Part shown: in pieces, positions 1-15,994 of the stretch
How positions within the stretch are numbered: the stretch's first letter is position 1
Layout: every line of letters begins with the position of its first letter
NCBI RefSeq assembly: GCF_009914755.1
Contig: NC_060940.1
DNA length: 64,000 nt
Reading direction: 5' to 3' (one strand)
From: the human T2T-CHM13v2.0 reference genome, Homo sapiens
Translations under genes and position numbers: made by a program
The notes under the pieces: generated by a model
The model's input: only the letters and a program-made list of their open reading frames with translations
Database searches by the model: none
What the model was told of the DNA's origin: nothing

Positions 1-118
1 GATGGGAGTAAACATTTAAAGTCTTAAGAAAAAAATCCACCAACCCAGAATTCTGTATCCTACAAATTTATCCTCCAGAAGTGAAGAAGAAATAAAAACT
101 TTCTCAGACAAACAAAAA

Positions 119-352
<234 letters not shown>

Positions 353-576
353 TAGAGGGAATTTGTTGCCAAAAGGTTTGTCTTGCAAAAAATGTTAAAA
401 TAAGTTCTTCAGAGAGAATGAAAATAGTATAGGTCAGAAACACAGATCTACATAAAGAAAGAAAGAGCATCAGGAAATGAATAAGTAGAGGCAAAATAAA
501 AGCTTTTATGTTTTTAATCCATCTATCACATAACAGTTTGCTCAAAAGAGGAACAATGTATTCAATTATGTATGCT

Positions 577-870
577 GGCGGGGTGCGGTGACTCACACCT
601 GTAATCTCAGCACTTTGGGAGGCTGAGGCTGGCAGATCACCTGAGGTGAGGAGGTTGAGACCATCCTGGCCAACTTGGTGAAACTCCGTCTCTACTAAAA
701 ACACAAAAGTTAGCCAGGAAGCGTGGTGGCAGGCGCTTGTAATCCCAGCTACTTGGGAGGCTGCTTGAATCGATTGAACCAGGAGGTGGACGTTGCAGTG
801 AGCCAAGATGGCACCACTGCACTCCAGCCTGGGTGACAGAGTGAGATTCCGTATCAAAAAACAAAAAAAA
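577..870 (+). mobile_element. AluS
   Basis: Dimeric Alu consensus with A tail. Confidence 0.9.
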
Positions 871-1683
871 TTATATATGCTTAAACATACATGCTTATGG
901 ATGCTTATGTATAGATGAAATGAATGATAACAATGAAACAAGGAACAGGAGAGAGAAATTAGAAATATTTTGTTATTATAAGGCACTTGCACTACCCTTT
1001 AAAAGGTGTAGTGTTATTTGAAATCAGGTTTGATTTAGTTTCAAAAGTATATTGATTTGTGTGTGTTTGTTTATAAAGAAAAATTTTTAAAAATGTATAT
1101 TGCAAGTTTTAAGGCAACCAAGTTTTGAAGTAGAAGTAATATACTAAGCAAGGAGAGAAAATGGTATCCTACAAAATGCCTAATTAAAACCACAAAAGGC
1201 AGAGACAGAGTAAAAGACAAAAATAGGAACAAAGAATAAGGGCAGCACATTTTAAAATATGGTGGATAATAATCCAATTACATCAACAATTACTTTGAAA
1301 GCCAGTGCTCTAAATGTACCAATTAAGGACAGAGATTGTCACAGTATATCAAAAAATAAGATTCAACTGTAAGTTGTCTACAAAAAACCCACTTTAAATA
1401 TAAAAACACATATACTTTAAAAGTAAAGAGATAAAGAAAGATATTCCATGCCAATGCACATCATAAGAAAGCAGTAGTTCTATTAATTTCAGACAGAGCT
1501 GACTTCAGCAAGGAAAGTGATCAGGAATAAAGAAGGCATTACAGAATGAGGGAGGGCTCAGTTCTCCAAGGCAACAATACTTAATATGTACACGCCTAAC
1601 AACAGAGCATCGGTGCCTGAGAGGCAAAAACTGACAGACCTTCGAGAAGAAATAACGAACCCACTTTTAAAGTTGGAGATTTT

Positions 1684-2080
<397 letters not shown>

Positions 2081-2185
2081 CTATAAATGGCCTCACCCAG
2101 TGACAGCAGATTACACATTCTTCTGAAGCTCATATGGAATATTCACCAAGACAGACCACATTCAGGGCCATAAAAAACACCTTAA

Positions 2186-2539
<354 letters not shown>

Positions 2540-2835
2540 TCAGACCACAGTGGAATTAAACTAGAAATCAGTAAGAGAAAGATAGCTAGAAAATTCCCAA
2601 ATACTTGGGGATTAAACAACACACTTCTGCATAACACAAAGGTCAAAAAAGAACTCTCAAGAAAAATTTAAAAATATTTTGAACTAAGTGAAAATGAGAA
2701 CACAACTAATCAAAATTGTGTGATGTAGCGAAAGTAGTGTTTAGAGAGAAATTGATAATATTGAATGTATGTATCAAAAAAATAGAGATCTAAAATCAAC
2801 AATTTAAGCTTCCCCTTTAGGAAACTAGAAAAAAA

Positions 2836-2940
2836 AATTAATTTACACAAAGCAATTTTACACAATTATTTGTGTAATTAATTTACACAAATTTGTGTAA
2901 TTTGTGTAATTAATTTACACAAATTAAATTTACACAAAAC
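2836..2940. repeat. Mixed direct/inverted cluster of TTACACAA/TTGTGTAA
   Basis: 5 forward and 3 reverse copies; perfect 18-bp palindrome at 2883-2900. Confidence 0.9.
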
Positions 2941-3316
2941 AGAAGAAAAGAAATAATAAAAACCAAAGTAAAACTCAATGAAATTGAAAATAGGAAATCA
3001 ATAGAGAAAATCAATGAAACTAAAGGGTGGGTCTTTGCAAGACCGATAAAATTCATAAGCCTCTAGCCAGACTAGGAAAAGAGAGCAGACACAAATGACT
3101 AATATCAGAACTGTAATTCACTACAGATGAATTAAAAGAATAAATTCATGAGTTAAAAGAATAAAAAATAATATTATGAACAATTCTATGCCCACCAATT
3201 TTATGATCTAGATAAAATACACCCATTCCTTGAAACATATAATCTGCCAAGCTGCAATGGAGCAAAGATAGTCTTTTCAACAAATGGTGCTGGAATAACT
3301 GAACATCCACATGTCA

Positions 3317-3632
<316 letters not shown>

Positions 3633-4369
3633 TCTAGACACAGAACTTATACTCTTCATAAAAATTAACTCAAAATGGATCATAGACCTAAATGTACAAA
3701 TGCAAAACTATAAAACTCCTAGAAGATGACATAGGAGAGAACCTTGATGGCCTTGAGTATGGCAATGAATTTTTAGATGCAACACCAAAGACCTGATCCA
3801 TGAAATAAATAATTGATAAGCTGGACTTGATTTAAATTTAAAAACTTCTGCTCCATGAAAGACAATGTCAAGACAATGACAAGACAAGCCAGAGACTGGG
3901 AGAAAATACTTGCAAAAAACATATCTGATGAAGGACTATTATCCAAATATACAAAGAACTCTTGAAACCCAACAATAAGACAATGAATAATGCTATTTAA
4001 GAATGGGCCAATGGCCTTATCAGATACTTCACAAAAGGAGACATACAGACAGCAAATAGCATATGAAAAGATGCTCCACATCATATGTCATCAGGGAAAT
4101 GCAAATTAAAACAATGAGATACCACTATGAACCTATTAGAATGGCCAAAATCCAGAACACAAACAACACTAAATGCTGATGAGGATGTGGAACAACAGAA
4201 ACTCTCATTCACTCCTGGTGGGAATGTAAAATGGTACAGCCATTTTGGAAGACATTTTGGCAGGTTTTTATAACACTAAACATCATCTCACCATTTGGTC
4301 TAGCAATTGCACTCCTGGGTATTTACCCAAAGGAGCTGAAAACTTATGCCCACACGAAATGCTGCAATA

Positions 4370-4667
4370 GGCCAGGTGCAGTGGCTCAGGCCTGTAATCC
4401 CAGCACTTTGGGAGGCCAAGGCGAGAGGATTGCTTGAGCCCAGGAGTTCGAGACCAGCCTGGGCAAAACAGCTCAACCGCATCTCTACAAAAAAGTTGAA
4501 AAATTAGCTGGGTGTGGTGGCGTGCACCTGTAGTTTCAAGTACTCAAAAGGCTGAGGTGAGAAGATCGCTTGAGCCTGAGAGGTCAAGGCTGCAGTGAGC
4601 CATGATTGCACCACTGCACTCCAGCCTGGGTGACAGTGTGAGACCCTGTCTCAAAAAAGCAAAAAAA
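4370..4667 (+). mobile_element. AluJ
   Basis: Dimeric Alu with J-type diagnostics. Confidence 0.9.
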
Positions 4668-4933
4668 GCTGCACACAGATGTTTGTAGCAGCTTTATTTA
4701 TAACTGTCAAAATTTGGAAGCAACCAAGATGTCCTTCAGTAGTGAATGGATAAATAAACTTTGGTACATTCAAACAATGGAGTATTATTCAACATTAAAA
4801 AGAAATTAGCTATGAACCCACAGAGAGACATGGAAGAAATTTAAATGAACATTATTAGGTGAAAGAAGCCAATCTGAAAAGGCTACTTACTGTATGATTC
4901 CAACTATATGACATTCTGGAAAAGGCAAACCTA

Positions 4934-5323
<390 letters not shown>

Positions 5324-5696
5324 CTAGAAGTTAAGGGGAGGGAAAGATGAACAGGGGGAGCACAGAGGACGTTTGGGGCAGGGCAACTCCTCTAATGTGT
5401 GGTACTGCAGTAGTGGACACGTGGCATTATACATTTGTCAAAACCCATAGAATGCACAATACCCAGAATGAATTCTCATGCAAACTATGAACTTTGGGTG
5501 ATGGTGTGTGGAGGCAGGTTCATCACTTTTAATGAATGTACCAATCTGTTGGGGGATGTTGATGGTGAGGGAGGCTGCTGGGCATGTGTGGGAACAGGGT
5601 GTATATGGGAACTCTCTGTACTTTCCATTCGATTTTTCTGTGAACCCAAAACTGTTCTAAGAAATAACATTTACTAATTTAAAAATTTTTTAAATG

Positions 5697-5845
5697 CTGG
5701 GCCTGGTAGTGCATGCCAATAGTCCCAACTACTAGGGAGGCTGAGGCAGGAGGATTGCTTGATCCCAGGACTTTGGGTTCAACCTGGGCAGCATAGTGAG
5801 ACCCCTGTCTCTAAAGACAAAACAAAGTTCAAAAAAAAAAAAAAA
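5697..5845 (+). mobile_element. Alu monomer (FLAM/FAM-like)
   Basis: Single monomer with A tail. Confidence 0.8.
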
Positions 5846-6029
5846 GGCAGAGGAATGCCAGGCAGTTTTCCTTCTTGCCTCCCAGCACTCAGCAGTCACC
5901 CATCTCGGCTCCCTGGACTACCTGGGGCCATGTTGTTCATCCCAGCAATGCGGAGGGAGGCCTGCTAAGCTCAGACCTTGGGAACCTGGATAAATAAGGC
6001 TCAGCTGCTCTCAGGGCGTTCACAGTCTA

Positions 6030-6455
<426 letters not shown>

Positions 6456-6749
6456 AAGACTGACTGGGGGAGAAACAGAGCTATGAACAAGCAGATACAA
6501 CCCACGGAAGAGTTCCTCAGGTGACATCGCTGAGGGCTGGTAACGTGGCCTGGGAGCTACGGAGAAGCTGTTCTGGAGAAAGTGATTTAAAGGAGGAGTC
6601 GGAGCATGTCAAGCAAAGCAGGTGGAGTGGAGAGATGTCCCTGCAGAGGGGACAACAGGTACCTAGGCCAGGAGGAACAGGGAGGGCCTATAGTCTACAC
6701 TAAGGAATTTGGACTCTACCCCAGGTAAACGGGGAGCCATTGGAGGCTT

Positions 6750-7058
<309 letters not shown>

Positions 7059-8586
7059 ATTGAGGGGCTTTAAGCAGAGGAAGAATGTGGCCCACTAGGG
7101 AGCATGTTGGAGACTGGCTTGCAGAGGCCAGGCTGGGAACCTCGAACTTTAGGCTTGGAACCAGCTCTTCGAACTTGGAGCTTGGAACCAGCTCATTCCT
7201 CCATTGATTGCTTGTTTCCAAACTTAACTGAAATGTTGCAGGCAGGACCATCGGTGTCCCTTGGCAAATAGTACGTGCTCAGTAACCATTTCATCGTTGA
7301 TGTTATTTGTCGACCAAGTCAATGCGATGCACAAAAATGTCCTAGTGGAAACAGGAAAGGGAGTACTAGAGAGGATGGGACTCAGTGCCTGATTCTTCCT
7401 GTCTTCACGTACCAGTCAGGCCCTGTGGAGCCACCATGGGTGACTCTGAGACCATCTTCCAAAGGTTGGGAGAGGGAATTTGGAGAGGACAGAGTGGTGA
7501 GGCAAGGGGGTCCCAGGTGGAAATCTGTACTCCCAGGAGTCAACCCCACCTACTATGGGGCTGGCTTATTCCCAGGAATTGACAGTTTTCTAGGGGCTAA
7601 GGTGGGAGACTCACCTAGGGGGGACCCCAATTTCCAGTCCTGCAGAAGGGAAGTGAGGAGCAGAGGTTGCTGGGAGTTTCTCGATCCACAGCGGGTAAAG
7701 TGGGGCCCAATTTCCCCACCAACAGCTTTACCCAGGGGCAGATGGGTGGGGTGCAGCGTTCAGAGGGAACCAGGCTGCTCTATGGAAAAGCCACCTGGAA
7801 AGCCCCAGCCCAGGCTTTGGGGTTGGGGGCCATCTGGCTGAGACAGCTCTCGAGGGAGGCCTGTCCTGACCCACAGGATGTGCTGTTTTCCCGGAAGAAG
7901 GCGCCTACCAACCCAAATAGACCAAGGGGCGGGGTGGGGAGCGAAGCAGTGCAGGCTGGGGTTGGGGGTGGTGGGGCAGGAAAAGATGTGTGGAGAGAAG
8001 GTGTATGGGCCTGCGTTGAATCCTGGGCCTGGACTGACTCCTTGGTGAGGTGGGGACTCAGCAGGACTTACGTGGATGTCACCTTGTTCAACAGGCACAT
8101 GGCAGGTGGTGGAGCCATTGATAAGTGGGAAGCTTTTATTTGGCCCCAAGACAGAGTCTGAGTTTGTTGGCATTGCCCTGGAAACCCAGAGCATGCCCAG
8201 GATCCGGTGAGAAGATGCCCTGACTCCAGGCACAGCACTGAGGGGAGAGGATGACTTTCGGCTGAGGGTGGAGTGGCAGACACAGACACGAAAAAGTAAA
8301 AGGACAATGGAGAGGTCAGAAGGAGAGAGGAGTCTTGGGCTCCAAATGTAGAGGGCACTCAGGGGCAGGCCAGAGCCCTTCCCACTGGTGAGGCTTGGAT
8401 GGAAGTCTAGAGCTGAATTCTAGCTCAGGGCCCAGAGTGCTAAAGACAGGCTCACCAGGGACTGGGCTGCCTAGGCTCCCAGCTCTAGGCTGAGCTTCCC
8501 CCATCTTGTGCAAGGGAAGAGCGAGGTGGCCCTGCCACCAAACTTCACCCAAGATGGAGCCACCAAAGACCTTAAAATCCACTCCC

Positions 8587-8910
8587 TGGCTGGGTGTGGT
8601 GGCTCACACCTTCAATCCCAAACACTTCGGGAGGTCAAGCCTGGACAATCCCTTGAGGCCAGGAGTTTGAGACCAGCCTGGTCAAGAAAGTAAGACTCCT
8701 ATCTTTAGAAAAATTTAAAAAGAAAAAAAAAATGATCCAGGCAGAGTGGCCCACGCCTGTAGTCCCTGCTACTCAGGAGGCTGAGGTGGGAGGATTGCTC
8801 ACCCTCCCCAGCCCAGGATTTTGAGACTCCAGTGAGCTATGACCTTGCCACTGTACTCCAGCCTGGGTGACAGCATGAGACCCTGTCTCTGAAAAAAATA
8901 ATAATAAAAA
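8587..8910 (+). mobile_element. AluJ (diverged)
   Basis: Dimeric Alu with A tail. Confidence 0.85.
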
Positions 8911-10499
8911 CAAGCCCCCTGCCTCCATGCTCCAGAGCAGGCCTTGGCTCCTGGATTCAGGTCCGCCAGGATCCCTAAGGGCTCCAGGGAAGGTGTCCTC
9001 ATCTGGCATCCAGAGGGGCAACTTGCAGGGGCAACCAGACAGCTGGAAAGAGCGTGTTGGGTTTTGTTTTGGAAGGGTATATGGGAAGACAAGAAAAGGC
9101 CGCCTTTGTTTAGGAGGCTGGCCCTGGCTGGTGAGGCGTGCTCTCACTGGGCAGTGGCTGTCTGCCTTTTTGGGAGCAGCTGATGGACTGTCTGCAGGTG
9201 CTGCCCACCAGGCCTGGGGCGAGCTCTCCCCTCCCTGCTAATGCTTCCTAGGACTCCAATCACTCGGTATTTCAGCACAGTTAGGCCAGTCCTTCTCTTC
9301 ACTGTTGGGGAAACTGAGGTACCACCACAATGTCACCAAGGGGATGCGACGGGATGAGTTGCTTATACATGTGATCAGGGCCTGATTTCCACTACTACCA
9401 ACACTGCACAGAGGTCAGTGCGTCCCCACGGAATGCGGAGGTCAGGCCTGTGACCTTCCTTAGGAGCATGGGGTAAAATGAGGGGCTTTGTGTTTTCCAG
9501 GCAGAACTCTTCAGAGAGGCTTTGGCTTAAGAGGTGGGGAGAGGATGGACCCCACCCAAGGAGCTGAATTCCAGGAAGGTGGCAATTCTCCCCTTGGTGG
9601 AGACCCGGGACCCCTCACACCCAGCACCCGAGAGTGGCTGGGCCAGGGCGGCAGTGGTGTGACATCCCATGTCAACCTCAACACCCCTGTGGCAGCCCTA
9701 AGCACAGAGACATTTGTCTTCAAATGAACCATTAGTCTAACCAGGAGTCCCCGGAGGGGGACAGTCCAGAGGGGCCTGGCCCTGGAGAGCCTGCATGGAA
9801 AAGTCCTGGAGCCCTTGCAAGCCTTAGCATGGGGAAGGGGGCAAAATGTGGCTGGCACTGGTGTCTCTGCAACTTTGGCAAATGGGGGTTCCAAACAGAT
9901 TTAATTTGATTTAGAAGATCAAGAAATGTGATTTAGAAATGCCAAGAAAACCACATTTTCACCTGGAGTGCCTCAGGTGGACTTGTGCCTATTGTAGGTA
10001 TTTGACAAGGTTTCTTCTCTAGGTCAAGTAGTTTATCTCAGCCAGGCCTTGGCTCACATTGGCTCGTGCCCCCGAATGCCTCTCCCTCTGCTCCCAGCTC
10101 CACCCTGCCAGTCCTACCCAGCTTCCTCTGGGAGCCTTCCTTGCACCCTCAGATGGGATGGGTCCTCTTCCCAGGCATGTGGGTTCTCAGACGCAGGCAG
10201 AGCTGGTGCATCTGTCTTCATTCCTCTAAAGTACCCTTCACACCTCAGGGCTGTCCCACAGGCAATTCCCTCTGCCCTTGTGGAACTTATGAGACATCAC
10301 TCAAATGCACATGTAAACAGCATGATGTCAATGTGATCACTGCAAAGAGGAAACCTCCACTCTTGCCCCATCCAAAGTACACTCCACACCTCAGAGCTGT
10401 CCCACCGGCAATTCCCTCTGCCCGGAATGCACCTTCCCAGAACTGGCTAACGCCAGCTCTGATGGCCCCAGCCAGGCCCCTAGGGAGTGAATGATCTTT

Positions 10500-10690
10500 C
10501 GGGTCATCCCAGCACCCAGCACCCAGCCTTCAAGTCTCTATCTGAGTCCTCAGATATCATGAAGTAGAGACAGGCCAGACTCAGTGTCCTTTTTACATTT
10601 CCGACCCACAGTAACGTGGAAGATAATAAACATTGTTGAAGCCACTGCTCTTGGGCGTAATTTGTTACACAGCAGTAGATGTGAGGGCCG
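10500..10690 (+). mobile_element. MLT1-type MaLR LTR fragment
   Basis: ttccgacccacagtaacgtggaagataataaacattgttgaagccactgct...gtaatttgttacacagcagtagat. Confidence 0.7.
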
Positions 10691-10699
10691 ACTCCCCAC

Positions 10700-10930
10700 T
10701 CCTGCCCCTCCCTCTGTGAGATGCTCACAGCACCCTACTGGTTTCCTCTTTGCACTGACCACATTGTCACCATGCCTGTTTGCATGCATATTTGAGTGAC
10801 GTCTCATTAGCTCCACGAGGGCAGGAACCTTGGCTGCTGTGCCCACTGTTTTGTCCCTAGCAGTGAGCACAGCATGGTGCCTGGCTCTGTGTTCAAAACA
10901 TGAACCTTGAATGAATGAATGAATGAAGCT
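10700..10930 (+). mobile_element. L2 3' end
   Basis: agctccacgagggcaggaacc...cctagca...cctggc, ending in a (TGAA)n tail. Confidence 0.7.
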
Positions 10931-13040
10931 GGTAAGAGGCAGGAGCCTGTCTCAGTGACCTGGAGGTGGAATTTGAATCCTTCCTAGAACGTCCTGTCTC
11001 CTCCTTCTGGGAACCGGCAGGTGACAGTGAGTGAGGTGGTATAGGGGGCTGGAGGGGGAGAGAGTAGTAGGTGGCAGCCAAGGGTAGATCCCCACGGCCA
11101 CCAGTGCAGGGAGGATTTCAGACTCTGATCCACTGGCAGCACTTCCTCCTCTTTGTCTCCTTTGGCCTCTTCTCATTGTTTTGGACACACCAGCTGCTTC
11201 CTGTGGCACACCTGGAGGATGGGCAGTGCTGTCCCTTGGCACCCTCCCACAGGCTGTGCTCTCACATCTTTCATGCCCACTCCCACAGGGCCCACATGTT
11301 TCTCCTCCAAGGAGACTCCCAGGTTACCCTGAGGCTCAGGCACCTGTTGGTTCCTGTTACTGCCCCAGGGCCCCTCATCAGCACTAGGGAAGCAGGCAGC
11401 GTGACGTCTTCAGGTCACTGGAAGTGAATATAAGTTGACTAAGACTCAAAACAACAAAATACGCAAACAACCCCCACCCCAAACTGCTTCCCTCTACCCA
11501 TACCTTAGCAACCATCATCTGACAAGTAACAGACACGTTAGGTGACCCAGGAGGCACCTTTGCCGCCATCTCTCCTTGGAGGCGGTACCCTCCCAGGAGG
11601 CTCCCACCCAATTCCCTTGTCTTCTTGTCTCTGAGGCTTTTTCTGAGGTCAGGGGAGGGGGCGTCCTCCCCTCTACCCAGCATAACTTGGTTGGGTGCTG
11701 TGGCATGGACCTTGCTTGGGGTAAGGGAGTGCCCTGTGCCCTCCTGCCATCCCTAGTTCCAGGTTTCCTTTATTCTAATTTTCTAGCTTGATGAAAACGT
11801 TGGCATGTTTATAGGACCACGAATAAAATGCAGTGAAATTTACCTTTTGCATTCCCTGAAACAGTCAGCCTGTTTCCTGAAACAAGTTTCCTTGACCTTT
11901 GGACATTCCAGGAGTCACATTTCCCACCCCACGCTGCCCCCACCCACTGGCTAGCTGATCCTTCCACTGTGCTGGGCTAAGGCTATGCTTACGTTGACAT
12001 CACTGAAACCCTACGTGCCAAGCTGTGCATAGAGGAAGGCAAAGTGTTCTAGGAAGCAACGGAATACAGGTGGTCCCTGGCGGCTCGGTCTGCAGGTGAA
12101 AAAATGCAGGTGGGGGTTGTTTTTTAGGGCTGTGTAGGGACTGATCTGGGAATCAGCCAAGGGAGCATAAAACCTGACACCACCTCCCATAATCTGGGTG
12201 CCCAGCACCCTCCATTTAACTCTGGCTTGGTGGAACCCCCTTGCACTTCCCTCCACAAGTGCCACTTGGGTCACAAGCCGCCATTCTGTTCATTCACCTG
12301 ACAGTGCGCCCTTCTCCTGGTCCCTGCACCTCTGACACACACAGATGATGGTGAGTTGACTCCACCTGGTGGCTCCTTGGCCCAGGTTATCAGTGATGAC
12401 TCAAGGCTGAGCTGCCTATTTCCTGGGAGGCGCTTCTTAGAAAGGAATAGGCCCTGTCACTTCCCAGGTAGCTTTCAGCAGCCCCTACCACCTCTCCCAC
12501 CTACCTTCGACAGAGTTGCTTGCCAGCCTTCTCAGCTGGGGCTTCCTGGCAACTACACCTTGCCAGGGCTTGCAGCCCAGCAGCATGGCAGGGGCTAATG
12601 GCCACAGGGTTGTCATGGGAAGCACCAGAGGGCCACAGGATCCCTAGCCTGGGCCTGTCTCTAGGTAACCTCAGAATGCAGGCATGGAAGAGGATCAACC
12701 CCTTGTCGGGCAGCAGAGGAGACTGAGGCAAAGAGAAGAAACCTTTCTGATGTGCTCCTCCTCACTGGACCTTTCTTGTCCAGCTTCCCTTCCATGGCCC
12801 ACACCAGGAGGCAGCAACTGGCTGGCTGTGCACAAGGATGGAAATGGATTACACCAGGGTGTGCACTGACCCAGGGACCATGCGTCCAAATGCTGGTAAG
12901 CCACCTATGAAGGATGCCCATGGGGTGGCATCAACTAAGCCAACCAGATTGGGACCAGACTAAAGAATATATGGGGACTAGGGGCTAGAAGCGAGAGGAG
13001 ACAAGAGGGACCAGAGAGCCTGGAGCCAAGGCTGTTGCTG

Positions 13041-13222
13041 CCCCCAAACCACCTCAGGCACTGTGGACTGCCAAGTCCTGATGGGCCCCCAAACCACCTC
13101 AGGCACTGTAGACCCCAAGCCCTTACGGGCCCCCAAACCACCTCAGGCACTGTGGACCCCAAGTCCTTATGGGCCCCCAAACCACCTCAGGCACTGTAGA
13201 CCCCAAGTCCTGATGGGCCTCA
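13041..13222 (+). repeat. 44-bp minisatellite, 4 copies
   Basis: Units cccccaaaccacctcaggcactgtRgacc... start at 13041, 13086, 13130 and 13174. Confidence 0.95.
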
Positions 13223-13361
13223 ACCAGGCTCTCCCTGCGTCACTCTCACCCTCATCAGGGCTCCTATGTTGGCTACCCCCTGTCCAAATATATCTACCCA
13301 CATTCGGTGTTTTCATTTTTTTTTCTGTAAGCTTTATAGTTTTACATTTAGACATGATCCA

Positions 13362-13661
<300 letters not shown>

Positions 13662-13730
13662 TTATCCATTTCTATTTAATTTTTGTATATGATATGAATA
13701 TAGGTGGAGGTTCATTTTTGGTTTATGGAT

Positions 13731-14295
13731 TATATTAGTTTTCTGTGCTGCATAAGGACCACAAACTTAGCAGCTTAAAGCAATACACATTTATTTTATC
13801 ACAGCTTCTGTGGGGCCAGGAGTCTCTGCACAGTTTGGCTGCATCCTCTTCTTAGAATCTCCCCAGGCTGCAATCAGGGTGTCCCTGGGCTTTGTTCTCA
13901 TCTGGAGGCTTGACTGGGGAGAATCTGTTCTAAGCTCATTCAGATTGTTGGTGGGATTCATTTCCTTGCAGCTGGAGTACTGAGGGCTCCAGCTCCCTGC
14001 TGGTCACTCACAGCTCCTAGAGGTCTCCTACAAGTCCCTGTCACATGGACTTCCCAAACACAACTGCTTACTTAATCAAGCCAGCAAGGAGAGTCTGGAG
14101 TAGTCAGCTAGCAAGATGGAATCTTATATAATGTAACATAATCATGAAAATGACCTCCTGTAGCTTGTCAGGCTCTATTGATTAGAAGCAAATCACAGGT
14201 CCCACCCATACTCAAGGGGAGGGGTTCCACTAAGGTGTGAACACCAAAAGGCAAGGGACCCTGGGAGCCATCTAAAAGTGAGCCTGCCCACCATG
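13731..14295 (-). mobile_element. MLT1-type MaLR solo LTR
   Basis: tatattagttttctgtgctgcataa...cacaaacttagcagcttaaagcaa...ggctctattgattagaagcaaatcacaggtcccacc. Confidence 0.8.
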
Positions 14296-14337
14296 TGGAC
14301 ACATTATTTGCTAAAAAGAATATCCGTTCTCCATTGA

Positions 14338-14665
<328 letters not shown>

Positions 14666-14771
14666 CACAGTGTTTTAAAAGAACCAGTCAATCATATTTG
14701 TGTGAGCCTATTTCTGGACACTGCCATCTATTCCATTGATCTTTGTGTCCATCCTTTTGCCAATAACATTA

Positions 14772-14984
<213 letters not shown>

Positions 14985-15399
14985 TCAAAATTATTTTTGG
15001 ATATTTTATGTCCTTTGCCCTTCCATATACACTTTACAATCAGTTTGCAAATTTTCATCCAAAGAAGCCTGCTGGAATTTTTATTGGGATTGCTTTGAAT
15101 CTATAAAAGTAATCAAAAAATTTGAGTCAAGATTTAAAAATTGATATGAGTTGACATGTTAACAACTTCAGATTTCTCATTTTTCTGGAAAATGGGAAGA
15201 GGGGGCACCACCAGGCCTGCAATCCTACAGGAAAACAACCAACTCCCCTCCTCCCTCCATGGCCACATGCTCAGTGCACCTGCGCTTCCCCCTCCCCTCC
15301 ACCATGGGGACTCACACTCTCCTCTTCACACTTTGTTGCTGGCCTGGCCCTCTTAGACACTGGAGTTGGTGGCTCCTGTGTTAGCTTCTCTTGGCTCTG

Positions 15400-15730
15400 A
15401 CTTTTGGTGGGGGGCTGGATGCTCTCCCTCCCACTCTTGGCCTGGCTAATGTCTTCTCATCCTTCAGAACTCAGGGCTCCAGGAGACCTTCCCATACCCA
15501 AGTGAGGTGAGGACTCCAGGCTTGTGATCTTGGAGCTCCCTGTGCTTATCCTCAGTCCTTGCCCCAGGGGTGAGGTGCTTGTTGGGGTGATCAGTAACTC
15601 AATGTCTGTCTCTCCCAGCAAGCTCCCTGAGGCCAGGAACCATGTCTTTCGGTCACTGCTGTATCTCCAGTGCCCACCATAATGTCTGGCTCATAGTACA
15701 TGCTCAATAAATGTTCACAGGATAAATGAG
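15400..15730 (+). mobile_element. L2 3' end
   Basis: tcactgctgtatctccagtgccca...catagtacatgctcaataaatg. Confidence 0.75.
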
Positions 15731-15994
15731 CCCTTCTCCTAGGCTGTGGCTGATATCCTAGAAGAGTTCCTTCTGTCCTCCTAGCTCCCCACCTCACTCC
15801 CTTGGTCCTCTAGTTTGACGATGTTCCTGTGAAAAATGACCAAGTAGGACTCTCACGTTCCTGGCCTGGAAACTGCTAACTTCTAACAAGATAGATAAGC
15901 TCTTCAGCACCTAGGGCAGGCCCTGGCTGGACATGCAGGACACAGCCCCATGTGTTGCTCTGAGGGCTCTAGCTTCTTTTCTGGTCGCAATCAT

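Noticed and set aside
7926-7980. G-quadruplex-capable G runs
   Set aside because: Common in this GC-rich segment, with no linked promoter or transcript visible.
7275-8233. Overlapping 150-190 aa ORFs on both strands
   Set aside because: Expected in GC-rich sequence; no homology or splice structure recognised.
13041-13222. CRISPR-like array
   Set aside because: Eukaryotic context; contiguous units without unique spacers, so a minisatellite.
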